Source of the DNA: the human T2T-CHM13v2.0 reference genome, Homo sapiens
NCBI RefSeq assembly: GCF_009914755.1
Contig: NC_060930.1
Length of the DNA: 64,000 nucleotides
Direction: 5' to 3' (one strand)
The notes under the pieces are model-generated. The model worked only from the letters and a program-made list of their open reading frames with translations, was not told where the DNA came from and did not search any database. The position numbers and the translations under genes were made by a program. This document shows positions 49,957 through 62,203 of this stretch, one piece after another (position 1 is the first letter of the stretch; the number at the start of each line of letters is the position of its first letter).

Positions 49957-50260
49957 GTACACATCCTACGTCAAGGAGGTGATGAAAGCCCCACTCCTTA
50001 TAGCGATGACATCTGGAAGAAGACACAATTGTCACCGTGAGCTTTTCAATTACTCCTGGAGACTAAGTGTGAGACGCAGTAGTGCAGGATGATTGGATTA
50101 CGCAAAACGAGACAGATGCCATCTGTGAGCCACGCGTAAGCTGCTAAGTGCCAAAATGAACATCCTTATTAAACGATGGAGTTCTCATACCATTTGTAGT
50201 TTGGTCAGATTTGAAAGATGAGTTGATTGTTTTTAGATAGTGCGGCAAATAGGCAGGGAC
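49957..50260 (-). promoter_or_regulatory. TMEM244 5' leader and proximal promoter (non-CpG-island)
   Basis: Repeat-free with local CpG enrichment; CCAAT on minus strand (gattgg 50091-50096), C/EBP/PAR-type TTACGCAA (50098-50105), CRE-like TGACGTAG (49966-49973). TSS not determinable. Confidence 0.55.
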
Positions 50261-50659
50261 TTGGAATCCTCTCTGGCTGTATGAGTAATTACTGTCTCAT
50301 ACTTAAATTAGAAACATGGGTTTTCAGTTAGGTCTTGAGATTGTTTCCAAAGGATGCTGCTGCATTCATGTTGAAGCGTGGCCTGTCCTCTCTGTTTCAC
50401 TCACAAGGGCCACAGAGTTCTGAGAAAGAAATCATCAGTTCCTTTCACATCATGGCAAAGAAATGTAAAACTTATGACTTTTTGTTAGGAAACAAAAGGG
50501 TTCCCATACTCTAAAATAATGGCCACAATATTGTGGGTAGAATGTTTTCAAGAACTGCCAGGAGGCAGTATTGGAGCTCTGTCTCTCTGCGTCCTGAGGC
50601 TCCAGAACCAATCCTTCATTTACAATTCATTCTCCCATCTTTTTACTGGCACCAACTCT

Positions 50660-51815
50660 ATTATTATTTTTATTTTAATTTTTAATTGCTGTGATTACAT
50701 AGTAATATAGTAATATACCCCATAGAGTTTATGGGGTACATGATATATTTTGATATAGGCATCTAATATGTAATGATCACATCAAGGTAAGTGGGATTTC
50801 CATCACCTCAAGCATTTATTCTTTGTGTTACAAGCAATCCAATTATACCCTTTTAGTTATTTTTAAATGTACAATTAAATTATTATTGACTATAGTCACT
50901 CTGTTGTGCTATCAAATACTAGATCTTATACATTCTCTCTCTTTTTTGTATGCATTAACCATCCCCACACTCCCCCTTTTCTCCCACTACCCTTCCCAGC
51001 TTCTGGTAACCATTCTTTTACTTTCCATCTCAATGAGTTCAATTGTTTCCATTTTTAGTTCCCACAAATAAGTAGGAACATATGAAGTTTGTCTTTCTGT
51101 GCCTGGTTTATTTCACTTAACATAAGGACCTCCAGTTCCATCCATATTGTTGCAAATGACAGGATTTCATTCTTTCCTTTGGCTGAATTCTATTCTGTAC
51201 CTGTACCACATTTCTTTATCCACTTGTCTGTTGATGGACATTTAGGTTGTTTCTTAATCTTGGATATTGTGAAACATGCTGCAATATACATGGGCATGCA
51301 GATACCTCTCCGATAGACTGATTTCCATTCTTTGGGGTATATGCTCAGCAGTGGGATTGCTGGATCATATGGCAGTCCTATTTTTCTCTTTTGAGGAACC
51401 TCCAAACTGTTCTCCATAGTGGCTGTACTAATTTACATTCCCACCAGCAGTGTATGAGGGTGTCCTTTTCTTCACATCCTCACCAGCATTTGTTATTGCC
51501 TGTTTTGGGATAAAAGCCATTTTAACTGGGGTGAAGTCATATCTCTTTGTAGTTTTGATTTGCCTTTCTCTGATGATCGATGATGTTGAGCACTTCTCAC
51601 ATACCAGTTTGCCATTTGTATGTCTTGTTCTGAGAAATGTCTATTCAGATATTTTGATCATTTTTAAATCATATTATTAGATTTTTTCCTCTACAGTTGT
51701 TTGAGCTCCTTATATATTCTGGTTGTTAGCCCCTTGTCAGATGGGTAGTGTTTGAGTATTTTTTTTCCCATTCTGCGGGTTGGTGTCTTCACTTTGTTGA
51801 TTGATTGCTTTGCTG
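50660..51815 (-). mobile_element. L1MA-type 3' fragment (~1.15 kb)
   Basis: ATCACCTCAAGCATTTAT, GGACCTCCAGTTCCATCCAT, TTGAGGAACCTCCAAACTGTTCTCCATAGTGG; TSD TGGCACCAACT at 50647-50657 and 51816-51826. Confidence 0.92.
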
Positions 51816-52278
51816 TGGCACCAACTTTAGATGGGAACTTAGCTGTGCCCTGTAATCCTTTTTCCATTACAGCATCTTGTTAACCGCTATAAAGAGCACA
51901 TTCTGCAATATCTACCTGCATACCAAAAGCAAAGGTGAAAAGAGTGCCTTCAGCAAGTCCAGGCCTTGATAGTTTTCATCTGAATATGTTATTGAATTTG
52001 ACATTCATAATGCATATTAATAACACTGTCAATGCTCTTTTATTAATATACCTTAGATAAATCTTTTAATGTGTGGTTGCCCTGTTCTCTGCTTATATTG
52101 TGAGTTCTTGCAGAAAAAGACTTTTCTGCCTGCTGGTAACATTGTAACAGCTCCCAGTGTTGTCTTCAGATTTCAGCACACGGTGGACCCTCAGTAAATG
52201 CTGATTGTCCAAATCCCATGCCCTGCCCTATTTGTAACAGTGATGACCCAGAATTTCTCCTTAAAGAGGGCAGGCGGA

Positions 52279-52567
52279 GGCCAGGTGTGGTGGCTCATGC
52301 CTGTAATCCTCGCACTTTGGGAGTCAGAGGCAGACGGATCACAAGGTCAGGATTTCGAGACCAGCCTGGCCAACATAGTGAAACCCCGTCTTTACTAAAA
52401 ATACAAAAAATTAGCTGGGCATGGTGGCGGGCACCTGTAATCCCAGCTACTCAGGAGGCTTAGGCAGGAGAATCGTTTAAACCAGAAGGCAGAGGTTGCA
52501 GCGAGCCGAGATCGCGCCATTGCACTCCAGCCCTGGCAACAATGAGGGAATCCGTCTCAAAAAAAAA
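52279..52567 (+). mobile_element. AluS (Sg-like)
   Basis: Dimeric Alu with GGATCACAAGGTCAGG. Confidence 0.93.
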
Positions 52568-53384
52568 GGGGGGCAAGTGGAACTTCCTGGGAGTCATAGC
52601 ACAGCATAAAGCAGAGGATTTGTGCCTGACTCACTCTACTCCCAACACAGGCTGCTTTGTGCACAACTCAGATGCCTTCTGAGTTACTCAGGTAAACAAT
52701 AACCACCCAAAAACTATCCTCTCAGGAAGTTGGCACCATACATTGGGAACTAATACTCCAGCACTCTATTGGATAAAATACTGAAAAGTACTAATTTTCT
52801 ATAATTACATTGGAAAAAAATTTGATGACCAATAGTCTAATGAGTAGAGATTATGTGTGTATGGGTATTTACATCTATAATAAGCATCTTTTTTTTTTTT
52901 CATCAGAGACACCGCACTGGATTTAAGCATTATTTTTTGAACTGCTACTGTGATCTATTGCGAGAATAAGGCATGAGGCATACACATACACATTTAGCAA
53001 CTACAATTCTGATTTCCAAGTCTGTCATTAGGCTGATGAAATATTTACATGTGTACATTTTATATGTATATGTGTGTGTATATATATATATTGTGTGTAC
53101 ATGTATTCATTCAGCACATACTTATGATAAAGAATAAAATACATAAAACTCTTCACATTCTTTAGTTCTGAATTGTTCTCCTTGATATTTCATCATGTTT
53201 TAAATTATTTTCAGTCCCTTTGTGTAATTTGTATCTAGAGTTCTCCTTTGTTTGTTAAAATTGGACTCAGCTACTTCCTTCATGATAGAGGCACAAAAAC
53301 TTCAAGGTCCTAAAGAAATATTTCCAAGATTGTAGCACATAATTTAGAATTTCTCCTTGATAAAATCAAAGGAGAAAATGAGCT

Positions 53385-53725
53385 CAGATCCACAATTACT
53401 AATTGCAAATCGTTAGGGCCAGATAGGCTTCTAATTTCAGAAAATTTTGAATTTTATTTAAATAATAGGATCCATATAGTATATTATATCCCATGTCCAA
53501 GTAGTCTAGAACTTCCCTCTGTATCCAAACATTGTTTGAGCAGCAAAATGTATAAATATTTGCCATGAGTGGGATGAATAAAAACTAAATAATTTTGTCA
53601 ATTTGGTTTCATCACCAAATTCATTAACGTCTGGTACTATTCTGTCACCCAAGGATAATAAATAATAAAATAGTTTCCACAGATTTTTAGATTTTTGGAT
53701 TCACAAAAGGAGTAGTGGACAAACA
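53385..53725. mobile_element. Probable old TcMar-Tigger-type MITE
   Basis: TCCACAATT..GGGCCAGAT..AATTTCAGAAAATTTTG start and GATTTTTGGATT..GTGGAC end (imperfect TIR). Confidence 0.4.
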
Positions 53726-53773
53726 CAGATTTAATTATAAGAATCTACAGATTGGCATTGATAATAGAACTCT

Positions 53774-54129
53774 TGCTAAATTAAATTAAATTTGGCCTAA
53801 AGCAGCCTCTGCACATTAAAAAACTGCAGCCTAACTTAAGAGCATATTCTTATAACAAGTTGCTGAGCCTCGGCCAATCACAGCAGCTGAGCTTTGGCCA
53901 ATCACAGACTGCCAACCAATTAGAGCGTGTCTATATCAGGCAAATACTAAGCTGTAGCCAATCAAGCTGTTTCTGTATGTCATTTCCTTTTCCTATCTAA
54001 TACTGCCTCCCCGTGTTGGGTGGAACTCTCTGAACCTCTCCTGGTTCTGAGGGCTGCCCAATACATGAATTAGTCTTTCCTCAAATAAACTCTCCTAAAT
54101 TTAATTTGTCTAAAGTTTTTCATTTAAAA
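53774..54129 (+). mobile_element. ERV1 solo LTR, MER57-like
   Basis: TG.TAAATTAA..GGCCTAAAG start, repeated GCCAATCA, CAAATAAACTC..AAATTTAATTTGTCTAAAGTTTT end. Confidence 0.75.
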
Positions 54130-55615
54130 CTGTAAATACAATTTTAAATGATGTGGTAAAAATAAAGACGCTGTGTTGACAAAGTCAATTTGTCCACAAG
54201 AAATTAAAAAGTAAAATTTCTTTGCCCTCAGTGCCAGAATGAAATAAGAGATTTCCCCTGATGCCTTCTGCTCCATTATAGTTGGCTTTGCTTTGGAAGT
54301 CTGATGGTGTTATATTTTTAGTTTTACTGATTCTCTCTAACCCATTTCTTCCCTTTAGGCCCTTCTATCCACATCTATTGTTCACTGCCTTTTTGAAATT
54401 GAATTATTCTATAGGATATCATGAAATCATAAAAATATTAAGAACAAACAGACTCTATTTTATTTCAGGGAGCCATGAAAATAATGGTCAAAATTGGGGT
54501 AATTTTTTTTTTCTGTTTACAGCCTTTATGGAATTTCCTTTAGGTTTAGGCCCATGTTAAGGCAAAGATACATGTATACACACGAGCACACACTGATTTC
54601 ACTGCTTCATATTTGTTGAATAGTAAATTGTGTCTTGAAAGATAAGGCACAATAAGGAGCAGTGCCCTATATGGTAATGAATGGCACAACATCATAAAAC
54701 AGTTGGCATGGATGACTAGTTATGAATATCCAAACTGTTATTAGATAGTAGTTTCCATACTCCCTCCCATAAACCTAAACCAGGGTTACCAATGACTGCA
54801 AATCTGGACACTTGAGTTTTGGTATCTAATTTTACCTACTTTTAAGCCAGTTGACCATGTGCTGCATCTTATCATAGGTAGTACAGAGTAAAGGATCATC
54901 TTTAAGAGGATATAGAAAATATCTGGAGATATACATTGTATCAACTTGAATTAATATTGGGAAAGAAATATACAAGTTAGAGCAATTCAATACAGTCATC
55001 ACAGAGTAAAAATAAATACGAAAGATAAAGTTAGAGCCCTAATTCAAAGAATATGAATTGTATCTTCAATAGGAAGAGAAAATAGAGTGGAAAGAAGGAG
55101 AGAGAGGGCATCTGGATAAGATAAATACGAAGTACAAAGGAAGTGAGAACAAGTCAATGAGATCTGCTTTGCTAGAGAATGAGAAATAAGACTAATGCAG
55201 GATTGGAATGTTGATTGGTGAAGGCCTCAAAGGACAAAAGGAGCATTGTATTTTGGTTCAAAATAAAACAGCACTGTTCTTGAGCAGCAGCATGAAAGAC
55301 AAAATCAGCAGATGTGAAAAATTATTTTAACAGCAATATAGGAGAAGAAACTACAAAGTGGATATATATTAGCATATTGAAAAGGCTTGAGGTTTGATTT
55401 TGGGGCCTAGAATAACTGAGCATAATTAGATTTTTAAGAACACCTTGGAAATAACAGCCTTCTTGATGAGAAACTGAAGGGGGAACAAAGAAGAACAAAA
55501 ATAACATCAGGATTTTAATGCCAACAAATTAAGGGGATTACAGTGCTATTGATAAGAATAGGTTATGAAAACAGGAAATGAAAAGCGAACTGTGGGATTC
55601 AACACATTAACTTTC

Positions 55616-55764
55616 AGGGTCAGCTCATACATCAGTGGGCATCAGAATCACCTGGAGGAGTTGTTACAACGCAGATAGAAGGGCCTCAAACCAGAGTTTC
55701 TAATTCAGTAGGTCTTGGGAGGACCTAGTGTTTGCACTTCTGAGTACCATATTTTGAGAAGCAC
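55616..55764. mobile_element. MER5A-family MITE inside degraded L2 (~54900-56170)
   Basis: GCATCAGAATCACCTGGAGG..TTGTTA..AGAGTTTCTAATTCAGTAGGTCT..TTTGAGAAGCACT. Confidence 0.8.
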
Positions 55765-57029
55765 TTATTTAAATTATGTCCTCTAAGACAACTCATGATG
55801 GTTGAAGATGAGGTTGGAAGTCTGGGCCAATGACATAAGTATGAGAATTATCTATACCCAGGCTATTGTTGAAATTTTGTTGTGGAAATTTCTGACTTAC
55901 AGCACTTTCTATGATTTTGATACCTTCCATCAACTGTTTCCTTAATTATATGCTCATATTGAAGTGAAATGAATGTTTATTCTCTGGCAGTTGGGAGTAA
56001 AAGGGACTGAAAGTTTAAGAAATAAAAGCATTCTGAAAATAGACAATGAGTGTATAAGGGAAGATCAGAGCATCGCTTTTGAAGGATGCAACAGAAAGAG
56101 AACCAGGAGGGAATTGCAATCAGGCATTATGTGATACTGGGAAAAAAGACTAGATACTTGACAATCTACTCTAGAAATTTCTTCTCACCCTCTGCAAAGA
56201 TGCAAAAAGATGGAAATTTAAAAGGAAAAGTTAATAAGTCTACTTAGTATTTTAATTATTGTCAAGTACCCAGGTGCTTAAGTGAAGAGTTTCATGTACA
56301 TATAAATTACTTCTGTGCCCTAGCATATTTGTAGAAATCTAAATAAGATGTTGTTCCATTTAAAATTTAAATAACTCCCTTGAGAAAATGCCAACCAGAC
56401 TGCTTCAACTAGAAGCCAATGCATAAACATGTATTTGTTATTTACTTGTTAATGTGTTCAGTATCTTGATGTATTCTGGCCTTTTTCTTTTTTTTTTTTT
56501 TTTTTTGCATGAAAACTAAAGTCCTGTGTAATGTGATTTGATGACCCCAAAATGATGTTTGGAAATATTGAGGTAGATGCAGACTATACCATTTATACAA
56601 AGGCTCCCCTCAACCCTTCAGAAATAATGGTTACAAAGTGATACTACATTGTTCCCAAAGGGCTCAGACCTGTCTGAGCTTACACTTTTTACAAACGGGC
56701 AGGTTCAGATCCCTGAACTTAACTTTTTAAAGGATGACTCAGTGGAGGGGAGTTCGCCTGAGACTCCAGAGCACGGAAGGCGATTAAGGGGCAAACCTGG
56801 CTTTGTTTAGCAGGCTCAAGCTCATTGTATCAGCCTTGGTTCTGGCAAGGCAGCTGCTGGCAGAAATGTCCAGCCATTTCACATTCTCTGTATCCTGATT
56901 GGAATTTACTTCTTACAAGAATGATTTGAAGTTAAAATGAAGTTGGGGGAAAGTTCAAGCAATCCTTAATACTTGAAAATGTACAGCTTCCAGGCTCCAA
57001 CTGGGGAAAAATTTGACTAAAGCCAGATT

Positions 57030-57046
57030 ATGTGTGTGTGTGTGTA

Positions 57047-57095
<49 letters not shown>
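57030..57095. repeat. (TG)n microsatellite
   Basis: Seen directly. Confidence 0.95.
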
Positions 57096-57096
<1 letters not shown>

Positions 57097-59567
57097 AAAT
57101 GCCCGTAGGGTTTCTTGGACATAAAATTGTTTTTTGAAGACAACAATATGATAAGTTAAGAGTGAATGAATCAGAAACATATGGATTAAATTTTCCCTGA
57201 AATTTGCATGGATTTGGAAGTCATGGAGAAAAGGGCACTTGGCAAGATGCATTTGGGATTTTACTGGACCAAAAACATTTGAGAAATTATCTGAGGTTCC
57301 TGGGTGGATGCAAAACTGTACCAAGTTTTTTTTCATTTTTACAAACTGCTCTGAACTAAAAAAAGAAATAAAAGTCACCTAATTGTAATTTAATGAAGAC
57401 GTGGAATACTGCTTGTACAGCAACTACCAAGCTTCACAGATAAGCATTAGTTTTCTAAGGGATTGGGCTGAGGGCATTTAAGCACAAATATAAATCAAAC
57501 ATGGGCATTAGTTTCACAGACTACAAAGAAATGCTCAATGCCCAAAGATACAGCAGGAGTACAACCTGATGCTGTGGAGAGAATGTTTCATTTGCTTTTT
57601 TTTCCTCAACCTAAATGAAACTAAAATAAACAACAATAATAACTAAAATGTCACTTTAAGAAAAACACATAGTGATGCTTATGTGTATGCATTATTAGGC
57701 TTTTTTGTTTGTTTTAGTACACAACATGTCTATATAATATCACTCTTGGGGTGTGACCACACTACAGCAAGGGCCTTCTGGGACTTCTAGTATCAGGTAA
57801 GACAAAGCCAGGTTTATACTAATCTTGGTGCTTTAGCAAGTAAAAGTAAGCTTCAAGTTGCTTTATAAGCTTTTAAAAGGTTATTAAAATGATATATGAA
57901 GAAAACATATATTTTTAAAAAAATCTCAGTTCTACTGTTTTTATTGTACTAAATATTGTTCAGCACTAGCAAAGATCTTAGCTTAACAATTTTTTCCATG
58001 CCTTTTTTCTAGTGGATCAAAAACTAGCATCCTATTCATACAGGATCCTATTCAATAACTATATTCATGTAATAGCTTAGAAAGTAGTTATAAAGAGATT
58101 TTCTAAATAGTCACTTTTCAGTGTTTAGTTGAAAAGGAAGGTAGAGAAGAGGAATGGAATGCATGGTGAGAGCTTTTATAGGGTTGGATATGTATGATAA
58201 TCTTTGTAGTATTAATCCAGGGACCTAAAATTTAAACATACCATGGACATAAGCAAGAATATTAGAAACCTCAACTTACCCCGAATTTGCTCTTGACCCT
58301 GGGTAAGTGAATTCACTGTTTTTTACTTTGCAGGTGGGTTCTAGCTTCTCAAAAGGAAGGTTCATTTGAGCATGAAACCTATCATAAGCACTTACAGCTA
58401 ATAAGCTAATAATAGGAGCAGTTTTTAAGTGAAATCTGAGCTGAACTAGGGAGTCATTTATAGATCCTGTTAGGTGTGCACATTTTTACTTGGGCAAACT
58501 AAATTAGCTGTGTAAATAACATTTAAAATATTTGAAAGTCAGTCTCATGGACTTCTTACCTCTGGCATTATCCTATCATATGCAGGGAAGGAGAACTTGG
58601 AGAGGGTAAACAGCCATGCAAAAGTGGATGGGTTTACTCAGAAGATGCTAAGAGACCCAAGAGACGGATGCTTGACTTCTATAAGTTTTTCTTTAGAGAA
58701 GCTATCTTATCTCTCTGAAGGGGATAGGCCTTCATGTTGGCAGAAAGGAAGTCCAGAGACCTCTGTGAATTTCCAAATTTGTGAATGCCACAATAAAACA
58801 CTATTTTCCTACAAAACAAAAGCAAAACCACAAGTGAAGATCTATGCACCTCTTCAGACACATGGTGATTGATCTCTCTCACCTACAAGTACATTTTTAC
58901 TGGCTCTGGTACTTGCTGTATCAATTTTTCAATCTGCTTTTATTTATTTCCATACGGAACACACAAGAGAGCTCAGTTGCCTCATAGAGCGGAGCTATTG
59001 TAAAACAATTCAATAGATCATAGATTTCTATTTTTATGGCTAAAAGCCATTAATTTATTATACTGGTTACTTCATCTTCACTTCCATCTTTGGCCTTAAC
59101 AATTGTCTTTCTTTCCAGGGCCTGTTTTTTAAAATAAGAGCAATTTTGTCTCATTACCAGATTTACTGCATGTGCCATATTACAGAGGGAAAAGAAGCTG
59201 CTCCAGGGTGTGGCTACTGAATGAATGAATGAATGACTGCACTCTTACCTTAGTGAGGCGACCAGTTCTTATGGATGAGCTCCACAGCATACAGAGCTCA
59301 AACTTGAGCCTCAGCCTGAGACTCACTTCCTTCAGGGTGTTTTCCAATACTCTTCCCCACCCCAACACATTCGCCTTAGTTGGTGCATCTACCTATGTGT
59401 TTCTACAGCACCTTGCACATCGCCCATCATAGCTCTTGTCACTTTCCATTGTGATTGCCTATTTACTTATCTTTATAACCACTAGACTATAAACCCTATG
59501 AAGGCAGGTATTGTGTCTGACCTGATTTGTTAATTTCTGCAACCCAAGCACATAGAAAATGTCCAAG

Positions 59568-59652
59568 ACACACACACGCACGCACACACACACACACATT
59601 CATATATACATACGTATATATATACACATACACACACATCCATACATATATT
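59568..59652. repeat. (CA)/(TA) compound microsatellite next to an L2 remnant (~59310-59560)
   Basis: Seen directly; upstream CACTAGACTATAAACCCTATGAAGGCAGG L2 motif. Confidence 0.8.
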
Positions 59653-60209
59653 AACAGATAAATAAATGGATCGTGGGCTACATTCGGATATCTACAGTCC
59701 TTTACTTTAAGTAGAATACAGTACCTACTAAAGGACTATATACATTTGAAAGTGTGAAAACATGAATAGTAGAATAGCAAAAGTGTGCAAAAATTCAACA
59801 ACAGACTTAAACATGATAGATTTCCAGGCCAGAGAGATTTAAAAAACATTTTTAAGTGTGCTTTTTCTTACAGAAACCATACATTCCCTCATTTTACACA
59901 ACCTTTAGTTTTCTTTCATTCCTCAGCATTGAATACACCGTTGACTGCTTTAGATCTATTTAACAAACAGATTGAAGCTAAAAATTGTTCTTTTCAGCAT
60001 GCCTAATGATATCTGTCTTTGTCTTGAGATATCACACTTATGAAATCCATGGTTTTTATCATTAATACCAACGTTTTCATTTTTCCAATTTTTATTGTTT
60101 TACAAAATAAGAAGGGAAAGGGCAGTAAAAACTAAAATGAGTGTATAAACAGAGCTGTGCCGGCCAGAAAGGTGACAGTGCCAAAAGAGCTGAGGTTTGG
60201 CAGACAGCT

Positions 60210-61010
60210 TCCCCACATGCAATCCATCAAGTTCCTCTGGATCTTCCTCCAAAGTGTACATTGCATATATCAGCTTCTCTCATTTTCTATTACTATCTCC
60301 ATGGTCAAGCGGTCAAGCCACCATTATCCTTCCTTATACTACTATACTAGTTCTCTGTGTCCTCACATGGTCTTTTCTCTGTGTGTGCACATCCCTGGTG
60401 GCTGTTCGTGTGTCCAAATTTCCTCTTCTTATAAGGACATCAGTCGGATTGGATTAGCGCCCACTCTAACAACTCTCTGCTTTTACTTTTGCCACCATAT
60501 AATACCCATTTACCAAAAAGCAGCCAGAAGCAGTTTAAATTATAAGTCAAATCACTGGCTTAAAATCTTCATTGGCTTCTTAGTGCTTTTTTTTTTTCTT
60601 AAAGATTCTAATTTTTTATTCTATCATAGAAAGGTCTCCCTACCTGGAATGGTTGAATTGTCTGATCTCATTTGACAAGTACACTCTTCTCCTGCCCATT
60701 GTACACTTTTGTACACTTTTCTGCCACCTATTTGCCTTTGTTGCATCCCAAGTACACCAAACTCTTTCCCACCTTGTATGGCCTTTACTTTCCGCTCCTT
60801 CTGCCTCTGATACCCTTCCCTTCATCTTTGTCACTTCTTTCAAATCTCAGGTTATCTGTCCTCTAAAACAGCCATCCAGTGACTCTAGCATACCATTCTA
60901 TTTTACATCTCTGCACAGAGCTTATTGCTGTTTAGTAATTTTCTTCTTTTTGTTTAGTGTCATTTTCTCTAAAAGAATGAAGACCTTAGAGAGCAGGGGT
61001 CTTGTGACTC
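60210..61010. mobile_element. L2 remnant interrupted by an MLT1-type LTR fragment (~60348-60475)
   Basis: AATCCATCAAGTTCCT..GCAGCCAGA..AAATCTCAG..AGAATGAAGACCTTAGAGAGCAGGG; insert GTGTCCAAATTTCCTCTTCTTATAAGGACA.CAGTC..ATTGGATTAG. Confidence 0.7.
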
Positions 61011-61739
61011 TTGGAGGAAGTTGAAGCTCTCAATTAATGGGTAATTCTCAGATTTTTTTTTTATACAAATCAAAAGCTGATTACATCCTTCACAAGAAAA
61101 TTATGTCAGGAAGATACCAAATGCTAACAAACTCCCTTCGTCCATGAGATTTCTTTTTTTCTGAATACGCAGGCTAATTGGAAAGATCAAATGCATGTGA
61201 GGTACTGCAAAACTCACTGCACACATAGAAGGGGTAATGTGGGTGAAAACACAGAGCATAATGTGTGAAAAGACTTAACACAGTCCCCAACACATATTAG
61301 GCACCAAAATCTGTTCATTGGTTTATGTATTTATCACTTATTATTTGTTAATCCCTTAATTTATTCACTCAACAGGTCTAGCTCACCAATCCCAAGAGGA
61401 GCTGTAGATATCGACTATAAAATTTACTTCTTATCCCTGTCTGCATGTCTTCAGAGAGGGATAAGAAGTAAATCCACCAAAGCAGTTAAAGTCTAGAAAA
61501 CCTGGACCTGGAACTGGCTGCTTTGCAGCTTTCCAATGTTAAATAGTAACAAAACCAACGAGGAACTTAATGACTCAGAACTGAATACACTCAACATAGA
61601 AATTTTTCTAAGAGAAATTTGATAGATGATTGTTGGACAATTAAGCATGTGCTTGAACTTAGAATCACTATTGATTTTCAATTCTCTTAAAAGTGAGAAT
61701 TAATTCATAAATTTGCCAACTATGAAGACCTTTAAATAT

Positions 61740-62203
61740 TATTCTAGTTACGGAAAACTTGATGGCATAAAGTAATGATTTTTTATGCCCATAAATTCTA
61801 GATCAGGAATTCAAGAAGGGCGCTGTTGGTTAGTTCTCACTTAGGGCTCTCTTGTAGTTACAGTCAGATTTTGATTGGGGTGACTGTCATCTGAAGGCTT
61901 TGGGGCTTCAGAATCCTCTTCCTAGGTGCCTTCCCTACACGTGTGGGAAGTTGATTAGCTGCTCCAGTTTTCCTTTTCAAGGAGCCACTTTAATGCCCTC
62001 ATAGTATGGTGGCTATCTTCCCCCAGAGAGAGCAATCTAAGAGATCGGGGTGATAGATAAAATACCTTGACACCCCCGAGAGCCATATACAATCACTTTT
62101 GTACTCTCTCTGTCACACAGGGCCAGCCTTGATTCATCGACAAAATCCAGAGGGGGCTATATAAGGGTGTGGGTCATTGGGGGTCATTTTGGAGGCTAAC
62201 ACA
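61740..62203 (-). mobile_element. MLT1-type MaLR LTR
   Basis: GATCAGGAATTC..TGTCATCTGAAGGCT..CCTCATAGTATGGTGGCT..CCCCAGAGAGAGCAATC..GGTCATTGGGGGTCATTTTGGAGGCT. Confidence 0.75.

Noticed and set aside
50715-50737. Hairpin TACCCCATA-GAGTT-TATGGGGTA
   Set aside because: Lies inside an L1MA 3' end and is too short for a structured RNA gene
60157-60675. 172-aa ORF, the longest outside L1
   Set aside because: Non-ATG start, overlaps L2 and MLT1 remnants, and has no recognisable domain or splice structure
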